DNA of 64,000 nt, from the NCBI GenBank assembly GCA_965644265.1, contig OZ286474.1, positions 61,690,001 through 61,754,000 on the forward strand, written 5' to 3'. The DNA is from Glycera tridactyla (Eukaryota). The notes under the pieces were generated by a model, which had not been told where the DNA came from, ran no database searches, and worked only from the letters and a program-made list of their open reading frames with translations. This document shows, piece after piece, positions 14,475 to 28,023 of the stretch. The position numbers and the translations under genes were made by a program. The number at the start of each line of letters is the position of its first letter. Within the stretch, counting starts at the first letter, position 1.

Positions 14475-15560
14475 CACTGGATGTAATACAACTGAGAACC
14501 CTCCACTTCTGACTGGCACTGAATATCATACAACTGAGAATTATTCTCTTCTAACTGACATTGGATGTCATAGATCTGAGAATTATCCACTTCTGACTGG
14601 CGCTGAACATAACACAACTGAGAATTATCCACTTCTGACTGGCACTGAACATAACACAACTGAGAATTATCCGCTTCTGACTGGTACTGATTCTAACACA
14701 TCTGAGAATTATCCTCTTCTGACTGGCACTGAATATAATACATCTGAGAATTATCCTTCCTGACTGGCGCTGAAAGTATCACAACTGAGAATTATTCTCT
14801 TCTGACTGGCACTGAATATAACACAACTGAGAATTATCCTCTTCTGACTGACACTGAATCTAATACAACTGAGAATTATCGTCTTCTGACTGGCGCTGAA
14901 AGTATCACAACTGAGAATTATTCTCTTCTGACTCGCACTGAATATAACACAACTGGGAATTATCCTCTACTGACTGGCACTGAATCTAATACAACTGAGA
15001 ATTATCCTCTTCCGACTGGCACTGAATCTAATACAACTGAGAATTATTCCCTTCTGACTGGCACTGAATATAACACAACTGAGTATTATCCTCCTCTGAC
15101 TGGCACTGAATCTGATACAACTAAGAATTATCCTTTTCTGACTGAAACTGAATCTAATACAACTGAGGATTATCCCCTCCGACTGGCACTGAATCCAATA
15201 CATCTGAGAATTATCCTCTTCTGACTGGCACTGAATATAACACAACTGAGTATTGTCCTCTTCTGACTGGCACTAAATCTAATACAACTGAGAATTATCC
15301 TCTCCTGACTGGCACTGAATCTAATACAACTGAGAATTATCCTCTTCCGACTGGCACTGAATCTAATACAACTGAGAATTATTCTCTTCTGACTGGCACT
15401 GAATTTGATACAACTGAGAATTATTCTCTTCTGACTGGCACTGAATATAATACAACTGAGAATTATCCTCTCCTGACTGACACTGAATGTCATACAACTG
15501 AGAATTTCTCGCTTCTGACTGACACTGAATGTCATACAACTGAGAATCATCCACTCCTAA
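14475..15560. repeat. 42-bp minisatellite (~26 units)
   Basis: Unit CAACTGAGAATTATCCTCTTCTGACTGGCACTGAATCTAATA; produces the 14-aa periodic ORFs in the track. Confidence 0.95.
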
Positions 15561-16231
15561 CTAGCAGTGAATCTAATACAAGCATGAATCACCCTCACTG
15601 GCAAGGTTGCTCTTCACTTAACACCGAATTCAATCATATTTCAGCATAAAATATGACGGATGTTTGCCGAAAGTATGACTTCTTTGTGAGAAGTAAACAC
15701 TGTCACTACTAATGTCCTGCTCGAGTCTTCCATCAAGAAATACATCCACAAAACTCCACAAAACCAGAGCCAACTCGCTGCTGAATTCAAACAGTTGATT
15801 GCACTACAAGCCTAGGTAGAGTCTCTCTTTCTTCCTTGCTCTCTCTCTCTTACTTTCTCTCGCCATCTCTCTCTTTCTCTCTCTTTTTTCCTCTGTCTGA
15901 AATGATGAATTTTTCTGGCTGCGCTATGTCTTTCAGGCTCAAATCCATAGAAAATTGACCCACGGGGTTCAGCATGAACTCGACCAAGATAATGAAGATT
16001 GCTTGGGTTGCTTTAACTGAGACATGACAGGAAGTTTAGCGGATTCGTCGTGTCGATCTTATCAATAAGCTGCGATTAGTCGAGTTTTAGGCTTTCCTTG
16101 CCTGTCACGATTCACATCTATCTTCGACTCAAGAAGGTCCATGGATGTAAGAAAGTAGATAAGATTGGAGAACGATGGGAAGGAGAGAATGAAGAAATGG
16201 TGTGTGAAAGTAGAAAATTAGAGGGAGAAGG

Positions 16232-16345
16232 TGAGTGAGTGAGTGAGTGAGTGAGTGAGTGAGCGAGTGAGCATGTGAGTGAGTGAGTGACTGACTGACT
16301 GAGCGGGCGAGTGGGCGAGTGAGTGGGCAAGTGAGTGGGTTAGTG
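16232..16345. repeat. (GAGT)n microsatellite next to a gap
   Basis: Direct reading. Confidence 0.9.
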
Positions 16346-16352
16346 ATTGATT

Positions 16353-16499
16353 NNNNNNNNNNNNNNNNNNNNNNNNNNNNNNNNNNNNNNNNNNNNNNNN
16401 NNNNNNNNNNNNNNNNNNNNNNNNNNNNNNNNNNNNNNNNNNNNNNNNNNNNNNNNNNNNNNNNNNNNNNNNNNNNNNNNNNNNNNNNNNNNNNNNNNN
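16353..16499. other. Assembly gap (N run)
   Basis: Run of n. Confidence 1.
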
Positions 16500-16879
16500 T
16501 GGTTGTCTCTCTGGCTGTCTGTTTCTCAACATACAGACAGACATGAACATGCATGGAGCCAGGACTTCGTGTACACGTCATTGGTGAAAGCCGAATGTCA
16601 AACAAGATCATTTGTCTCGACACGTAGACACCAAGTTGCAGATACAAGATATCTCTCTCACGGATGTATCCCAGACTCACCCCCTCCTCTCATCGCAACT
16701 ACAATACACATTGATATAACATCACATGTCTATTTCATCTAATCCGGCTTTAGTCAATTCTACCTACGTGGGCAACGTGAAAACGGTAGACAGGTTGTTT
16801 TTGCTTCCCCGGCGATATTCTCACTAACCTGTCAGATCAAATACCAGAGGGAGCAGATCAATTCGGTTATCAAAACCAT

Positions 16880-17880
16880 CCAAGGAAATTATTGCATCAG
16901 AGTTTGCTTATATCACAAGCCTATCAACCACAATAGGTATAATCCCGAGTGAACACAAAAAGACATGGTCTGTCCTATACAGGATGGTGGTGAAGAAGAG
17001 GATGTCTCGAATTACAGGCCTATCCGTGTGTTGAAAGTGACAAGTACGTTATTGAAAGAGTTGTCCAAGGCCAACAGTCCAGTCATCTGGGTATTAGTGG
17101 ACTTTCAGGTCACTTTAGGGAGCATCATCCTACTAGCACCTGTTTGTTATCCTTCTTAGAAGATGTGTATAATTGTATCAGTGTGGGCGGTGCTACAGGA
17201 GTGGTCTTTTTGGACCTGAGAAAAGCCATGGATCACAAAACCTCACTATTTGAGCTCAGAAATTATGGATTGGATGATTATAGAAGGAGATAGTTTCATA
17301 ATCATCTTCATGGAACAACCCAATAAGCAAGAATAGGTAGAGTGCTCCCTGGTCAGTCCACCATAAATTCTGGGGTGCTGCAAGGTTCTATATTGAGGCT
17401 ATTATCATCTGTCTTGCTTATCAATGATCCCCTGACAAAGGATACAAGTTGTGAAGTCAGGTTGTTCGCAGATGACATCGCCCGATATTTTCTGGTACAA
17501 AATGTGATGAACTCGAGCTCCAGCTACAACCGGGGATAATCAAAGCAGGGACATGGTTTTACAAGAATAAACTCAATGTGAATACCTAGGACGCTAAATG
17601 GATGATGTCCGGACATCAAAACCAATTCTGTAGATATAAAAATATCAAAATTGAAAAGGGGGTGTCATCTTCAAACATGATGACCATGGGCTATGGTCAA
17701 ACTGTACATTCTTTCCACCATCATATAGATTACCTTGTAGAGAGCTATTCGGACAGATTATCTGTCATTGACAGGGCCAGAAATTTCGTCACACAGGATA
17801 ACGCTCAAATGTTATATGAGTCACTAACCCTGCCAGTGACAGATTATATTCCGATGTTTCGTATCATATTCTAGCTGTAA
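16880..17880 (+). pseudogene. Decayed CR1/L2-group reverse transcriptase fragment
   Basis: Motifs in the expected order across frames: SNYRPIRVL, VVFLDLRKAMDH, SGVLQGSIL, LFADDI, SLTLPVTDY. Many stops and frameshifts. Confidence 0.85.
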
Positions 17881-18057
17881 ACGCTTCACGAGGGCTCGGA
17901 CAACAAGTATAAAACGCGAGTTGTCGTGTCATTCTGCGTGCAGAAGCCCAGAAAAGAGTAGATGACGTGCATCAAAATCTCAATTTTGATGCATTTCAAA
18001 GTCGACGGCATCGACATCTGTGCTGCACTGTGTGTCAAGGGTTGCATGATCCCCTCT

Positions 18058-18150
18058 GTCTCTCTCTCTCTCCCCCCCCCCCTCTCTCTCTCTCTCTCTC
18101 CCTCTCTCACTCTCTCTCTCTCTCTCTCTCTCACTCTCTCTCTCTCTCTT
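18058..18150. repeat. (CT)n microsatellite
   Basis: Direct reading. Confidence 0.95.
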
Positions 18151-19359
18151 CGGATGAACTAATCACCCAGAGTAACGCGTGGAGGCCCGTTGACTCACAG
18201 GCAGATATAAGATTCCCTGGATCGAATATTATAATGGCCGACAGATGTTTCGCTGTTAGTGGAGCTAGAACATGTAATGTACTCCCTTCCCATTTTGAAA
18301 GAGAGATTATCATCCATAAATGTCAATATATGATATAGTATGTGTTCAGCATGAACAACATGATCTACGATAGGAATGCCATCATTATCAAATGTTACCC
18401 TTCATATACTGCTGTACAAAAACTCGGTCACTTCCTTGCATCAACCTCTTTGTCATCGTATGTGAAGTAAGGAACAGAGATTTCAGTGGATTTTCACCTT
18501 ATCACCCAGTGTATTGCAAAGACCAAACGTGAATTTTGATATACTTGTCTTGACAAATCGCGCTTATGAACTGTATTTATGATTATGTGAACATTTTATA
18601 AGCTTCCATCTTTATAATGTTAAGTCAAGTTCTCAACAATGTGATTGCCATGCGGACGCAAGTAGTGTACTGACAATCCCTGTGGGGGAATTCGTGTCGT
18701 GGATACACTCCTATGAAAAATATAGGTGTTTGTAGTCTTTGGAGCCTTTTAAAGACCTGGTTTGTGTTGGAAGCCACTGTGCCAGTCATATAATGTGGGT
18801 TTGAATCAGGTGATTCAAATGCTGCAGGGCATGCTCCAGGCTACCTTTCTACAAGTCGCCTGCCTGCGACGGTCCCGCTTGCACTTTGAAAGTGATTCAC
18901 ACCATGAACCACTTCTATACAGAGGCCATGACCCTACTCAAGTCACCCTTTCATACGGATGTTTTCATTAGCACCACTTGTCCACACATACCAGTGTCGC
19001 CAGATAAGGAGACCTGTTGTAGACCGGTTTGTCCAATATCCGGTGTGAAGGGGTCTTCACTGTGAATAGGCATGGCAATTGTGAAGGTTCACCCCATTAT
19101 CTCACAGGAATTTAGTCAAACACGCCCTATCCAGGAATCAAACAGGGGTGATGGAACCATGTACTCAGAGTGAGTTCATGATTAGTCCAAGTCGATCATA
19201 GGAGAAACACTCTGATGGACTGACACTTATAGCAAGTTCTCGCTTAGTGCCAGTTCTTGCCTAGTACAAGTCCCGCTGTAAGTTTGCCATGTGTGCCCTA
19301 TCTCTGAAAGTTACATGCTGCCCCCTCCCCTGCTTCCATGGTCTGGACTATCAAAGGTG

Positions 19360-20046
19360 GTGGACAAAGCATCCAGCTTTCATGGATCATGAATTCGAGG
19401 GGACAAAGCATCCAGCTTTCATGGATCATGAATTTGAGGGGACAAAGCATCCAGCTTTCATCGATCATGAATTGGAGGGGACAAAGCATCCAGCTTTCAT
19501 CGATCATGAATCTGAGAGGATGGGGCATCCAGCTTTCATATATTATGGATTTGGGGGAAAAAGCATCCAGCTTTCATGGATAATGAATTTGATGGCACAT
19601 CATCCAGCTTTCATGGACCATGAGTTTAAGGGGACAAAGCATCCAGCTTCCATCGATCATGAATTTGAGGGCACATCATCCAGCTTTCATCGATCATGAA
19701 TTTAAGGAGACAAAGCATCGAGCTTTCATCGATCATGAATTAGAGGGGACAAAGCAACCAGCTATCCTCGGTCATGAATTTGAGCGGACAAAGCATCCAG
19801 CTTTCATCGATCATGAATTCGAGGGCACATCATCCAGCTTTCATCGATCATGAATTCGAGGGGACAAAGCATCCATCTTTCATCGATCATGAATTTGAGG
19901 GCACATCATCCAGCTTTCATCGATCATCATGAATTTGGGGGGACAGAGCATCCAGTTTTCATCGATCATGGATTTGAGGGGACAAAGCATCCAGCTTTCA
20001 TCGATCATGGGTTTGAGGGGACTAAGCATCCAGCTTTCATTGATCA
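19360..20046. repeat. ~39-bp minisatellite (~18 units, 36-39 bp variants)
   Basis: Unit GGGACAAAGCATCCAGCTTTCATCGATCATGAATTTGAG. Confidence 0.95.
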
Positions 20047-21983
20047 TTAACACCCGAAGTACATAACTCTTTGGGTTGGTACATGCCGTCAATCTCCAAC
20101 CAAACAAGTACACAAACTGTATCTGTTTTCACAGGAACCAATGAAGGGTCAAGCTCAATCAGGCCTCTCACGGGATATAGATCTGAAATCGACTGAACTT
20201 GCCAAGTAAGCCAGATTATTGCCTATGACTCTCGGGGCAAATTTCTTCTAGGCGGCCAAGAATGTCAGACACTCATGTAGCATTTCCAAGTTATGGAATA
20301 ATTCATGGCGATATTCTTCTTCTTTGTGAACAGGGTGTAGGCAAACGTATGGAATCGTCTTGAACGGAAATTAGCATGTTCTCACCTCAATCATCGTATT
20401 GGAGGCAAAGACTTTCACCACGGAAGGACATGGTTGCGGTTACATAAATAGTGATTCACTGTGACCACACTATCTAGGGTGGACCAATGTACTTTAAAGC
20501 AAATGCTTCAGTACCGAGGCTTTTTGGTACCGCATGTGAACCCTTTCTCGTTCTGTTGCTACGTGTCCTCCATCCACTAACGGCCACTTTTCCTTTGGAT
20601 TCTGGATTCTGGATTGGTAATCAGCAGAACCCTACAAGGTATCGCGCTGATGAATGCATGATGCCATATAATTCGGTTCAGACAAGTGTGGAAAATGTCT
20701 ATAACTGCTTCTAGCAAAGCTAATATTACTCTATTGATGCCCCTCGACCCTCCTAAAATTCATCATTCATTCTCCAAGTTTTGCAAGCATCAATCAAAAG
20801 TATCGGTACCACGTATCGATTTCAGTCTGGTGGTGATTTTTGAAAAAGACCTATCATCCCAAAGCTATTTTTTGTGAAAGATTACATAATGAGGGTTTTA
20901 TTTTCGGTGATTACCCGATAAAGAGTTGAAATCCGACCCTTCTGGTTGAAACATACCATTTTCCCTCATTGTATATTTGGGATCATAATTGTGGGGTTTA
21001 GTGTGCCCGGGTTCAGAATTAATGCTGTTTGAGATTCATTATTTCTCAATGCATCAACTACCTAAGAAAGTTGATAGTGTCACACGGGGATTAGATCCTG
21101 ATAATCTCATATACCGAACTGCCTCCATGGTGGCCATGAAATGAAAGCGACCACCCTCGGGAAACCAAAATGTGGATCCTTGAGACAGGTAGATCATGGT
21201 TAAAAGGGAATCACCGAATATCGGCTCATTTGAGAGAAGAATCAAATGTCTGATGAATGTCTTAGTTTTGAGATTTGAGATTTGAAAAACTTTATCAAAC
21301 TCCAGACTGGAGGTTCAACAGGGAACATATTTCTCCATTAAGAGTACAAAGCATATAGTGACGGTAATACATTGGCAAAAAATAGTTGTGGTTTACATAC
21401 GATTTCACCCGATATACAAAATGGACAACAAGCAATAACCCTTAGTACAGCCCCATCTTCTGATAAACCGATCAAATCAACAAGGACCAGTGGATCGATA
21501 GAGGCTGAAGAGCAAGGGATTTTCATGGCAGAGTAATTTGTCATTAAACCTTCTTAGAGAGAGATATTGAGGCGCCAGGTTAACTTGGGATCAATTACCA
21601 CGAAGTCTTGTTCCAAAACAAATATCTAGAGATACATGGACAAAACGCCGTGCTGTTTCCCATCCTGTTCATTATTGCGCAAGGTCGATCGTACATGTAC
21701 ACGAAACATCCAAGTAGCTCGCAGGAATCAACTGATATTTTCTTAGTGAGAAAACAGTATTCAAATACAATTTGATTACTATAAGATACGGTGTGAGGCG
21801 ATATGAAACAACCCTCGCACCAAATAGCAAGGTGCCACTCAGCATTTGTTAATGAGCAGCCAGTGTTCAGGTACATTATGTAATACACTACATTATAACA
21901 CTCACACCATAGAACACATCCAAATCTAAGTCATCTATCATTGGTCTAGTGTAAGGTCGTATGCAAGGACCTGAATTTCTCAG

Positions 21984-22213
21984 GTCATGGAATCAAATGT
22001 CAGACACCTCGTGACATCAAGATGTTCAAAGACAATACGACAAAGAAGGTAGGCGTTAAGACGAAACTAATACAGAAAGTCAAGCTCACTATACATTCAA
22101 CGGCAACTTATGTACGCGGAAACAATTTTGTTCGAGTTATTACCCATGTATTTGGTCAACATATCAAGACTACCGGGTACAAAAATTTTGATATGATGAT
22201 CACCCAGGCACAG
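21984..22213 (+). CDS. Candidate internal exon of an unidentified host gene
   Basis: tttctcag|GTCATGG acceptor, CAG|gtaagc donor, 230-nt open frame (HGIKCQTPRDIKMFKD...MMITQAQ). No family recognised and no phase-compatible neighbour identified. Confidence 0.35.
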
Positions 22214-22512
22214 GTAAGCAGGTAGCACGGGTACATCTGACGTCACAAAATAGTGTGTCAGATGGCGAGTTATGTGCCAACAACCGTAAAATTGAGACCT
22301 CTTTGTTGTCAGCCAGCGGCGAGCCAAGTTTGATCAAAGTCTTATAGCAAGTCGAACACACAGCTGGTAAATCTGCACTGCTGCATCATTTGATGATACT
22401 GAGATAAAGCAACATTTATTACCGTAAGTAGCAGTTTCGCTCCGATGAGTCAATGTGGATATTACCTCTTATAGCAAGCAGGTTATTATTAATCCAGTCA
22501 GAACCTATATAA

Positions 22513-25400
22513 TTATGCCAACGAATTATTTCTCATAAAAATTTTCAGTTGAGTCTTGAAATTCTTGTACGTGGCTGCTGTCCGAATTGAGAGAGGCAGT
22601 CGGTTCCATAATTTTCCGCCACTGACAAAAATATTGTTTTCAGTGCATTTAAGGTTTGTTCTCGGTATCCTTAAAAGCCCCCAACTGGAAGCCCTAGTTG
22701 CACGTTCATTAGATAAAGTTAAGGGCACAGCATACTTGGTTTGACCAAGTTCAGCTAGCCGTCGGGAGCAGGCACCATTAAAGATTTTATAGAGCTCGCA
22801 AAGAGCATGAGTTGACCGTCTGCTGCCAAGCGATGGTAACCCACTCTCGGCTAAAAGCGCAGAAGATGAGGTCAGTCCGTCTCTCCTTAGTGCTGCACGA
22901 AGACAGTTATTGTATGCAACATTTAATTTTGATTTTAGCCGCAGACTAGAGTTCATGAGAAGGAGATCCGCATGTTCAAATAGTGGTACAATTAATGACT
23001 AATGGCAAGTGTTATTCCCAAGGGCATGTCAATATAACTTCTTACCCGCCACAACAGACCTGTGCGTGATGCGACCTTTTTAGTTATGTAGTCTACATGA
23101 TCATTAAATGACAAATGAGAATCAATAATCACGCCGAGGTATTTATACGTGGGCACTCTTTCAAATCCAAGGACGTATGCATCATTCGAGGTGATAGCTG
23201 AGACTTTTTGGCGGGTTCCCATTAACATGTATCTTGATTTGTCTCTGTTGAGAGTGAGCATATTGACAGAAAACCATTTCTCGATGAGGGTCATGTCATG
23301 ATCTAATTTTGATAAAATCGATTGCTCATCCGATCCTGTTGCTACAATAGCAGTGTCATCCGCATACATATATATACGTGTACGTTCAGGGACATCGGAG
23401 AGGTCATTAATATATAATACAAAGAGCAGGGGTCCAAGAATGGACCCCTGCGGCACTCCATACTCAACTGTCCTTTTGCTAGAGACAACATCACCGTACC
23501 TCGTACACTGTTCACGGACACTAAGATAGGATTCAAACCACGACAAGCACGAGTTTCTGAATCCAAGATGTTTGAGCTTTGACACCAAGATACCATGATC
23601 TACAGTATCGAAGGCCTTAGTCAGGTCCAGGAACACCACTCCACAGGCCCCACCAGAGTCCATGTTCTCACAGATGGTATTACAGAAGTCTATCAGACAG
23701 CCGACAGTGGAGTGGTGTTTTCTGAAGCCTGACTGGGCCTCCGAGAGTATGCTATGTTGGGTAAGATAGTTATGACATTGGAAGTGAATCACTCTTTCAA
23801 GAACCTTGCTCATTGCTGCTAGTACAGATATAGGACGAAAATTTGTTGCTCTCGCATTTGACCCGCCCTTGTGCAAGGCGGTGACAGTAGCCTTTTTCCA
23901 TACCCTGGGAAATTTACTCTGCCTTATACTAAGGTTAACTACACTTTGGAGAATACACTCAAACGATTTGCCCCCAAGACGGATTATCCTACTAGTTATT
24001 CCGTCATCACCTGACGCCGTAGAGGAGCTCAACATGCCTATAGCATCATGTATTGTGTCAACACCAACCTCACACAGCTCAAAAACAGGGGGTAGATGGG
24101 TCATGTTCGCAGTTGCATCTGCATCCGCTTTGGGCAGGGCTGCTGCAAGTTTGCCACCGATTGACGAAAAGTGCCTATTTAGATGCTCAGCCACGTCGAC
24201 ATGACTTGTGTGCCCATCTATGTTAGCAGATAGGTTAGACCTCGCTTTAGAACTAGGCCAGAAAGTGCGTATCGTACGCCATAGTTTCTTTTGATCATTA
24301 CCAGCATATTTAATTTGATTTGATACGAAGCTCCTCTTGAGTTGACGCTTCAGGGAATCACATTCACGGGCTAGTCTATCCCTTTCAATCTTGTGACAGA
24401 TCTTACCACTACGGTTAAATTTTGTGGACCAAAAGGTTCTGGCATCAATCAATGTTAAGAACAGATTGTTGACCCAGCCGGCATTTTGTATACGCCTTGG
24501 TTTCGTTATCATTGGCAGGTTTTTGTCAATTACAATGGCAAGCTTTTCATTCAGAGAGTCCATACATATATCAATATCGTCATATTCAACTAGACTAGTG
24601 TTGACCTCGTCAAGATCATTTTGAAAGGTCTCAGCATTAACACCCCGAAAGCTACGGAAACTAAAAATCTCCTTTGTTTTTGGAATTTTGACCCTCTGTC
24701 TATAAGTATATATGAGGGAATGGTCACTGATCCCGGGATCTACTGTCCCTGCACAAGAGAATTGTGATTCATTATTTACCAGAATATGATCCAGACATGT
24801 AGAGGTATTAGGAGTTACTCTGGTGGCCGTTGCAATCAGATTTGTTAGGTGATTTTGGGTTAAGAAACTTTTGTATTTCCGGCATTCTGAATTTCTAATT
24901 AGGGTGTTAATATTGAAATCTCCTATTAGCAATATATCAGAATATGTGTCACCAACAACATTATTAATAGATGTAGTGAGCAGGTTCAGGGCAGTCTCTG
25001 TGTTCCCAGATGGTGGTTTGTACACGGCACATATATAAGTGGGGCGAGTGCTAGGCAAACGCAAATTCACCCATAGAAACTCAATATCGGGTGTGCATAT
25101 ACATCCATCTTCAACTAACTGTACATCCCTCTTATCATTAGAATATATTACTATCCCCCCTCCTCCCTGCTTCATTGCATCAATAGTGCGATCCTCACGG
25201 AATGTCTGGTAGCCTTCAATATAGATCTCAGAGTCTGAGATAGAATCATTAAGAAAAGACTCTGTGAGTACTAACATCTCTAAGTTACTTTGGCGCAGAA
25301 TTATTTCGACATCATCCTTTTTCATACTTAAGCTCCTCACATTAAGCCCGGCAAAGCCCATTTTGCTCTCTCTATTTAGGGTTTTGATTGAAACATCCAT
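22513..25400 (-). pseudogene. LINE ORF2: APE endonuclease + reverse transcriptase, one frameshift near 22995
   Basis: APE motifs GLNVRSL, LTESFL, GGGIVIY, IGDFN, LDHI, SDH. RT motifs NFRPISVL, FLDLTKAFDTVDH, GVPQGSILGPLLF, YADD, YKYLGV. Continues in another frame as SLIVPLFEHADLL...GGKLWNRLP...FKTQLK to the stop at 22513. Confidence 0.95.
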
Positions 25401-28023
25401 TTTAGCACAGTCATTATTAGTGTATCCATGTGATACAATACACATTACTAGGCAACAACCACACACAAATGTACATCAGAGATGTAAAGCAATTGAAAAA
25501 AGTCTCCCAACTGGGATGAACACAATTAACATTGAACAATGGAAAAGTTAAGTTGGAACAATTTTGGTTAATCGTATATACACCAGCAACACTGCTGCAG
25601 TTCAGTCAGAGAGTATTTCAGCTCAAGTATCTATCTAATTCTCAATATAGTGTGAGATGACACTAGCGCGGGTTTAAGCGGGGGTCTACTTATCAGAATC
25701 ATTTCCCAATTAAAGATTTCAATGCAGAATATACGACTATATGCTTTTACAATGTCGAACCACAGCTACGATTCATACATGAACATTGCTGTCATTTGTA
25801 TACATAGTGCCTCCTGGGTACAAGTGGGCATAACTTGTTTCGACAGTTTAGTCAAGACTCTACATGTCACCGTTGTATGTGAGAGGTTCCCAAGAGTATA
25901 CCCAAAACATCCTTATACATCTAGCTCTTGCCTGATTTCAAAGTAGAGCACATCGTAATCCTCATAGCCCTCCGCATTGATGTCAATTTGTATAGGTGTT
26001 CTCAAACACAGTTTCGCAGCTCATTCATACCTGATATCAAATTAACATACATCAACTTAAGCATGGTCTCAGATAACAGTGTCACCCGGTACTGGGGTAT
26101 TTCCTACAAGCATAGGAAACAACCTTACACATATCATTTTAAACCCGATTTCAAATTAAATTAACTTAACGCACATAATATCAAACATAAATATTTAGAG
26201 ACCAGTAAATCTATTATCGTTTTACCTCATATTGACAGATTATATTTCTTAATGTAATTAGTATGTATACACTAGTATTTTCAGCATAGCTAGACAACAA
26301 GTGCTGTGATTTTTAGTATACCAAAATTAAGAAAATTACTGCTGGTTACTCATGTTAGATCTTGTAATCATCTTTTAACACCTGCATTCATACATAACAG
26401 TGTTCACCTAAGCAAGCTCATAAGGGTAGTTGAGTAGTAATTTTAATTTTTTTTAAAGTGACGCACGATTCGTCCCTGGCTACGTCAGCTGTATATTTGA
26501 ACACATAGTGTATAAAAGAGAAATGCAGTCAGATTTAGCATAGACAATATTCAGTTCACATGGGAGCAACAATACCGTAGCCAGTATACATGTAGTCCAT
26601 CATACCAAACTCAGGTCTGGATAGGCGACAAGTGAGTCTATTATGATAGCAGTGGGCAGAGATATATTTCGAATACATACACGGCCTGACGCAGTTCTTA
26701 TATCAATGATGTTTGTCCAAGCAAGGAGAAGTGACGTCACAACCAACGATATGTACTGTGTCAATGGACAGGACTGTTGTTGCTATCTGCAGGAACCACT
26801 CAGTCGTGATAGGCGTCCCAATTGTCCGATGTAAGGGCTCTAGGCACAGGATCAATGAATACAATGGTCATTACTACATGGCATCATTTGTAACAGCACC
26901 GCCCCTTCAAGCTGTATTTCAATTAGTTTGGGTGCAACCAATCTAGATGCAACCTGCATGACGTGCGCCATAGTGGGTCCAATATAGGAGCACTAGGCAG
27001 AGTGTTGTTAAGTACATCCAATATCACTGCGTATTATCCAAACGTTAGAGACATGATAGATGGTTATATCGACACTGGGTGATCAGGGGGAGAAGACCCT
27101 TTCCGGAGCCTGCATCGAACCTATCCATCATGGTAGATGTCATCGTAGATACAGAATGGGAGCACTAGGCAGATTGTAATGTGTGCAGCCGATAGCACTA
27201 CTAGATAACGCTCGCGTCAGTACTTGCTTGAGCATCTCGGAGAGGAAATTAAGCAGTCAGCACATTTTCAGCCCATCACGATTGGCGCTAAAGTGGGTCC
27301 AATATAGGAGCACTTGGCAGATCATTGATGAGAATACCCAATACATTGCATGTTAACAGGATTTTTATAGCAGTGGTAGAGTCTGCAGTCAGCATCGAAG
27401 CACACATCCACGATATGTCCCACAGTAGAGCAAATATAGGATCGCGCTACCGGTTTAGAGGATTGCTTTCGGTATTACTGCTTGACAGTTGCTTGTAACA
27501 GTACCATTTCAGCCACGTAGGGGGGGGGGAGGAAACATTATTGCAGACATAGTAGCCCAATTATAGTGGCAACCATAGTGGGTCCAATATAGGAGCACTA
27601 GGCAGACAGTTTCGGGGAATATCTACTAAATCGCACATTTTCAAAGCATAGTGCGATGCTTTTATCAACAGTGTGATCCAGGGGTCTGGTTGAAATTTGG
27701 CATGAGAATCGTTTCGATTGTTCGATGAATAGACTGCCAGAGCAGGGGGAGAAGACAGTGTATTCACAGGTAAGGGACTAGTTTCAGAGACTAATAACTA
27801 AGACGACTCTCTTTTGCGTTGATCGTCTACTGTCACACAAGTAGGGGTTATTTCCAACCGAATCCGTAGGCATCAAGTATGCATCAGGAGTGACATTCAC
27901 GACTAGAGAGCTGTAGCATAGTGAGACCCTTATAGTTTAACAAGTGATTGTGGATCGATGACAGGCATAAAACTGAGCCAAAAGTCAACTGTTCGCAGTG
28001 GCCCATCATGTTAATGACGAAAG

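Noticed and set aside
26455-26745. CRE-like motifs and a TATAAAA on the plus strand inside the LINE spacer as an antisense promoter
   Set aside because: Short motifs expected by chance; no downstream ORF or other support
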